Shown: in pieces, positions 54,596-56,867 of the stretch
Layout: every line of letters starts with the position of its first letter
Position numbering within the stretch: the stretch's first letter is position 1
From: Candidatus Heimdallarchaeota archaeon
GTDB taxonomy: Archaea > Asgardarchaeota > Heimdallarchaeia > JABLTI01
Direction of reading: 5' to 3'
DNA: 56,867 bases
Assembly (NCBI GenBank): GCA_030629105.1
Contig: DAOVPS010000001.1
Location: 1-56,867, forward strand
Notes under the pieces: generated by a model
Databases searched by the model: none
What the model was told of the DNA's origin: nothing
What the model saw: only the letters and a program-made list of their open reading frames with translations
Made by a program: the position numbers and the translations under genes

Positions 54596-55453
54596 TTAAT
54601 ATACAGCTTTTAGTACATCATAATATTGTGAGAGGTCTTCATCTTCTAACATTTCTTTGAGAAATTTCTCTGCAGATTTACTATCTAAATTATAGAGAGT
54701 TCTACAAATTTCGATACAATCATTAATGAAATTCTCTTTTCGCATTTTCTTGTAAGCATCTTTTAAAGCAGCTATTGCGTCCCTTTTCTTTAGAATTTTA
54801 GAAAGTGCCCATGAAGCATCCTTGGATTCACCTTCCTTTATCATTTGTAGTTTTAATGCATTACCTGCTGCACTATCTTGTATTCGACCTAATGCATATG
54901 CAACATTTTTCCTAACAGATAATCGTTCATCATTTAACGCTGAGATTAATACTACAGTAGCTCGTTTATCTTTGATTTCACCCAAAGCCCAAGCAGCCAT
55001 TTCTCTTACGTGGTAATTTTCATCAGTTTTCAGAATGTCAATTAAAGATCTCACAGCTTTTCGTCGTTTTATTTTTCCTAAAGCAAAAGCTACGTTCTGA
55101 CGAACTAAATAATGCTCATCCTTTAATTCTAAAAATAAGTCATCAATTTCAAAACTAAATCTGGTAAAATATCCCAAAGCAAATGCTGCTTCTGCTCTTA
55201 CTTCTGCAGAAGTATCATCTAGAAGTACAGTAATTAAAGGTTCAATTGAACGTCTATTGGAAATTTCTTTTAGTGCTCGAGCAGATGTACGCCGTAAATT
55301 TTCATCTGGATGTAAAAGTGCCTCTATTAGAGGAGTCACCGCTCGATCATTTCCCCAATCTCCAAGAGCCACAGCTGCTTCAATACGAACGTTTGCGTCT
55401 TCTGATTCGAGTTCATGAATGTATTCCGTAAGTGTTTTCTCGTGTTCAGACAT
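54596..55453 (-). CDS. HEAT-repeat (PBS-lyase type) protein
   Basis: Repeated VR..AA.ALG......AV..LI..L.D units, about 6 copies. Confidence 0.85.
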   Translation of the reverse strand: MSEHEKTLTEYIHELESEDANVRIEAAVALGDWGNDRAVTPLIEALLHPDENLRRTSARALKEISNRRSIEPLITVLLDDTSAEVRAEAAFALGYFTRFSFEIDDLFLELKDEHYLVRQNVAFALGKIKRRKAVRSLIDILKTDENYHVREMAAWALGEIKDKRATVVLISALNDERLSVRKNVAYALGRIQDSAAGNALKLQMIKEGESKDASWALSKILKKRDAIAALKDAYKKMRKENFINDCIEICRTLYNLDSKSAEKFLKEMLEDEDLSQYYDVLKAVY

Positions 55454-55614
55454 AGTTACCCTTTCTCTTCCTTAACTTTGAAAATCACTGTGTAGGTTAA
55501 GTTAGGTATAGTTAAATGAATATTTCGACAATGAATTTTTTTGAGTCATTATTCCTTTTCTGGAGAGAAAATGAACATAACTATAGCTTTTAATGAATGT
55601 GAAATAAGCAAAAA

Positions 55615-56352
55615 ATGATGTTCAAGAGTGTTCTAGATATGACAACTCATGCTATTAGGGGACTATTATTTGACTACGATGGAGTAATTTCCTCTTTAAT
55701 GGCTCGAGTGGGTTGGTCCTATCTTTATGCATTAAGGAAAGTAAAGCCAGACATTAAAAGAGAAGTAGTCTATGAAGCACTTTTTAGCACAGCTCAAAAT
55801 CTGCTTACAGCAACAGAGAAATTAGGTCCACTATATATTCCACAAATTATTGTCAAAGTTTCCAATATTCCTGGATTAAATTTCTTTCAAAAAGTGAACT
55901 TTGTGATAAGTGGGGGATTAATGTTTAACAAATGTAAAATGAATGTTGTTCCTCAACCTGGAGCAATTGATACATTAAATCTTCTAGCTACAGATTATAA
56001 AATGGGATTAGTTACATCAGCTAATAGAGAAATTGTAAATAAAGCGTCAGAACATATTCCAATCTTAAAGGAATTTGATGTCTTAATAACTCGAGAGGAT
56101 TGTGTTCATGCAAAACCCCATCCCGAGGGAATTTTGAAAGGGATCAAAGGTCTGGGGTTATCAGCCAGTAAATGTCTGTATATTGGAGATATGCCAACTG
56201 ATGTAATTGCAAGTAGAAAAGCAAATGTTAAAATCGTTGGTGTCTTAGGAGAATTCAAAGAAATTGCTCAGCATTCTTTCAAATCTTTGAAGCCAGATTA
56301 TATCATACCTTTGCTAAAAGATTTACCTGCTTTACTACAAAAAATCAAATGA
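55615..56352 (+). CDS. HAD-superfamily hydrolase (phosphoglycolate-phosphatase-like)
   Basis: LLFDYDGVISS, VTSANRE, K..PHPEG and YIGDMPTD motifs. Confidence 0.8.
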   Translation: MMFKSVLDMTTHAIRGLLFDYDGVISSLMARVGWSYLYALRKVKPDIKREVVYEALFSTAQNLLTATEKLGPLYIPQIIVKVSNIPGLNFFQKVNFVISGGLMFNKCKMNVVPQPGAIDTLNLLATDYKMGLVTSANREIVNKASEHIPILKEFDVLITREDCVHAKPHPEGILKGIKGLGLSASKCLYIGDMPTDVIASRKANVKIVGVLGEFKEIAQHSFKSLKPDYIIPLLKDLPALLQKIK

Positions 56353-56415
56353 TAAGAAAAAATATGGATAAATGATAAATAAAAAAAAATAAAAGAAAAA
56401 AAGGGATTAATGAGA

Positions 56416-56867
56416 TTATGTTTTTAGGATCTCATCAATGTCTTTTTGACTTAAAACTTGGACTAATCCATCTTTTGTCTCAATAACAGCCATCTCAGCG
56501 ATAAGTACGGTTTCATCTTCCTCTATAGCTGCTTTAAGAGCATCAAGAGCTAATTTAATTGCCGCTTTCTTGGTAAGATTCCTTTTGTAACCTTTCTTCA
56601 AAGTTTCTTTTGCTGCTGCTTCGTTTGAACCGATTGCAGTAGCAAGGCAGCTGAAAATAGCCCCACCAGGATCTATGAAATACAAAGAAGTTTCTCGTTC
56701 ATAGACACTACCAAATAAGACAGCAATACCAAATGGTCTTACACCGCCGTATTGGGTAAAGGATTGTAAATAATCACCTATTTTTTCAGAAAGCACTTCA
56801 GGATCAATCTTTTCACCATAAGTGATTCTTTCAATCTGTGCTTCGATTCTTGCTCTTTGGAGTAAAG
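56416..56867 (-). CDS. psmA: proteasome subunit alpha; N-terminus lies outside the window
   Basis: The frame stays open to the window end. ...RARIEAQIERITYGEKI...FTQYGGVRPFGIAVLFG...DPGGA...ATAIGSNEAAAKETLKKGY is alpha-type (YGGVRPFG block, with AIG rather than the beta-type GSGS). Confidence 0.8.
   Translation of the reverse strand, partial: LLQRARIEAQIERITYGEKIDPEVLSEKIGDYLQSFTQYGGVRPFGIAVLFGSVYERETSLYFIDPGGAIFSCLATAIGSNEAAAKETLKKGYKRNLTKKAAIKLALDALKAAIEEDETVLIAEMAVIETKDGLVQVLSQKDIDEILKT

Noticed and set aside
1-56867. Scan for CRISPR arrays, rRNA/tRNA genes, transposases/integrases, prophage or known defence modules
   Set aside because: I saw no regularly spaced direct repeats, no tRNA-like T-arm (GTTCRAATC) context, no rRNA-like GC-rich stretches, and no DDE, tyrosine or serine recombinase motifs. 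The window looks like core chromosome rather than a mobile island.

Overview
This is a visibly AT-rich (about one-third G+C by eye), densely coding archaeal chromosomal window with roughly 60 CDS. I recognised no rRNA, tRNA, CRISPR array, transposase or integrase. Archaeal identity is read directly from conserved information-processing clusters: L21e-RpoF-DUF655; Rpo7-Spt4-DUF359/DPCK-S24e-S27ae-Bud32; plus SRP54, Pelota, proteasome alpha, ThyX and MetRS. Interspersed are eukaryotic-signature proteins: two Ras/Rab-like small GTPases, a UBC-fold E2, a Roadblock/LC7-like protein and a CDC48-N-like domain fused to vWA. This points to an Asgard (Lokiarchaeia-like) genome, which is an inference. 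Metabolic genes include a PfkA with PPi-type signature residues, family I pyrophosphatase, tungsten-type aldehyde:ferredoxin oxidoreductase, an IDH/IPMDH-family dehydrogenase, PanE, an ABC-2 exporter and a lipoylation cluster. The candidates most worth follow-up are: (1) an amidohydrolase plus a 1089-aa GCS2-type amidoligase carrying a ~230-aa polybasic linker and an unassigned C-terminal region (13.2-18.0 kb); (2) a cysteine-less NuoD-like protein with a degenerate NuoH-like membrane partner and no other complex I/hydrogenase subunits (1.7-5.8 kb); (3) the ~0.9 kb gene-poor island at the window centre (27.45-28.35 kb), with two long hairpins/palindromes and an unannotated 54-aa Cys-rich micro-ORF next to a tandem Lrp-like regulator; (4) an orphan E2 with no Ub/E1/E3 neighbours; (5) CDC48-N fused to vWA instead of an AAA+ ATPase. 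All family assignments come from motif recognition by eye. No searches or computations were run, and start codons are approximate.
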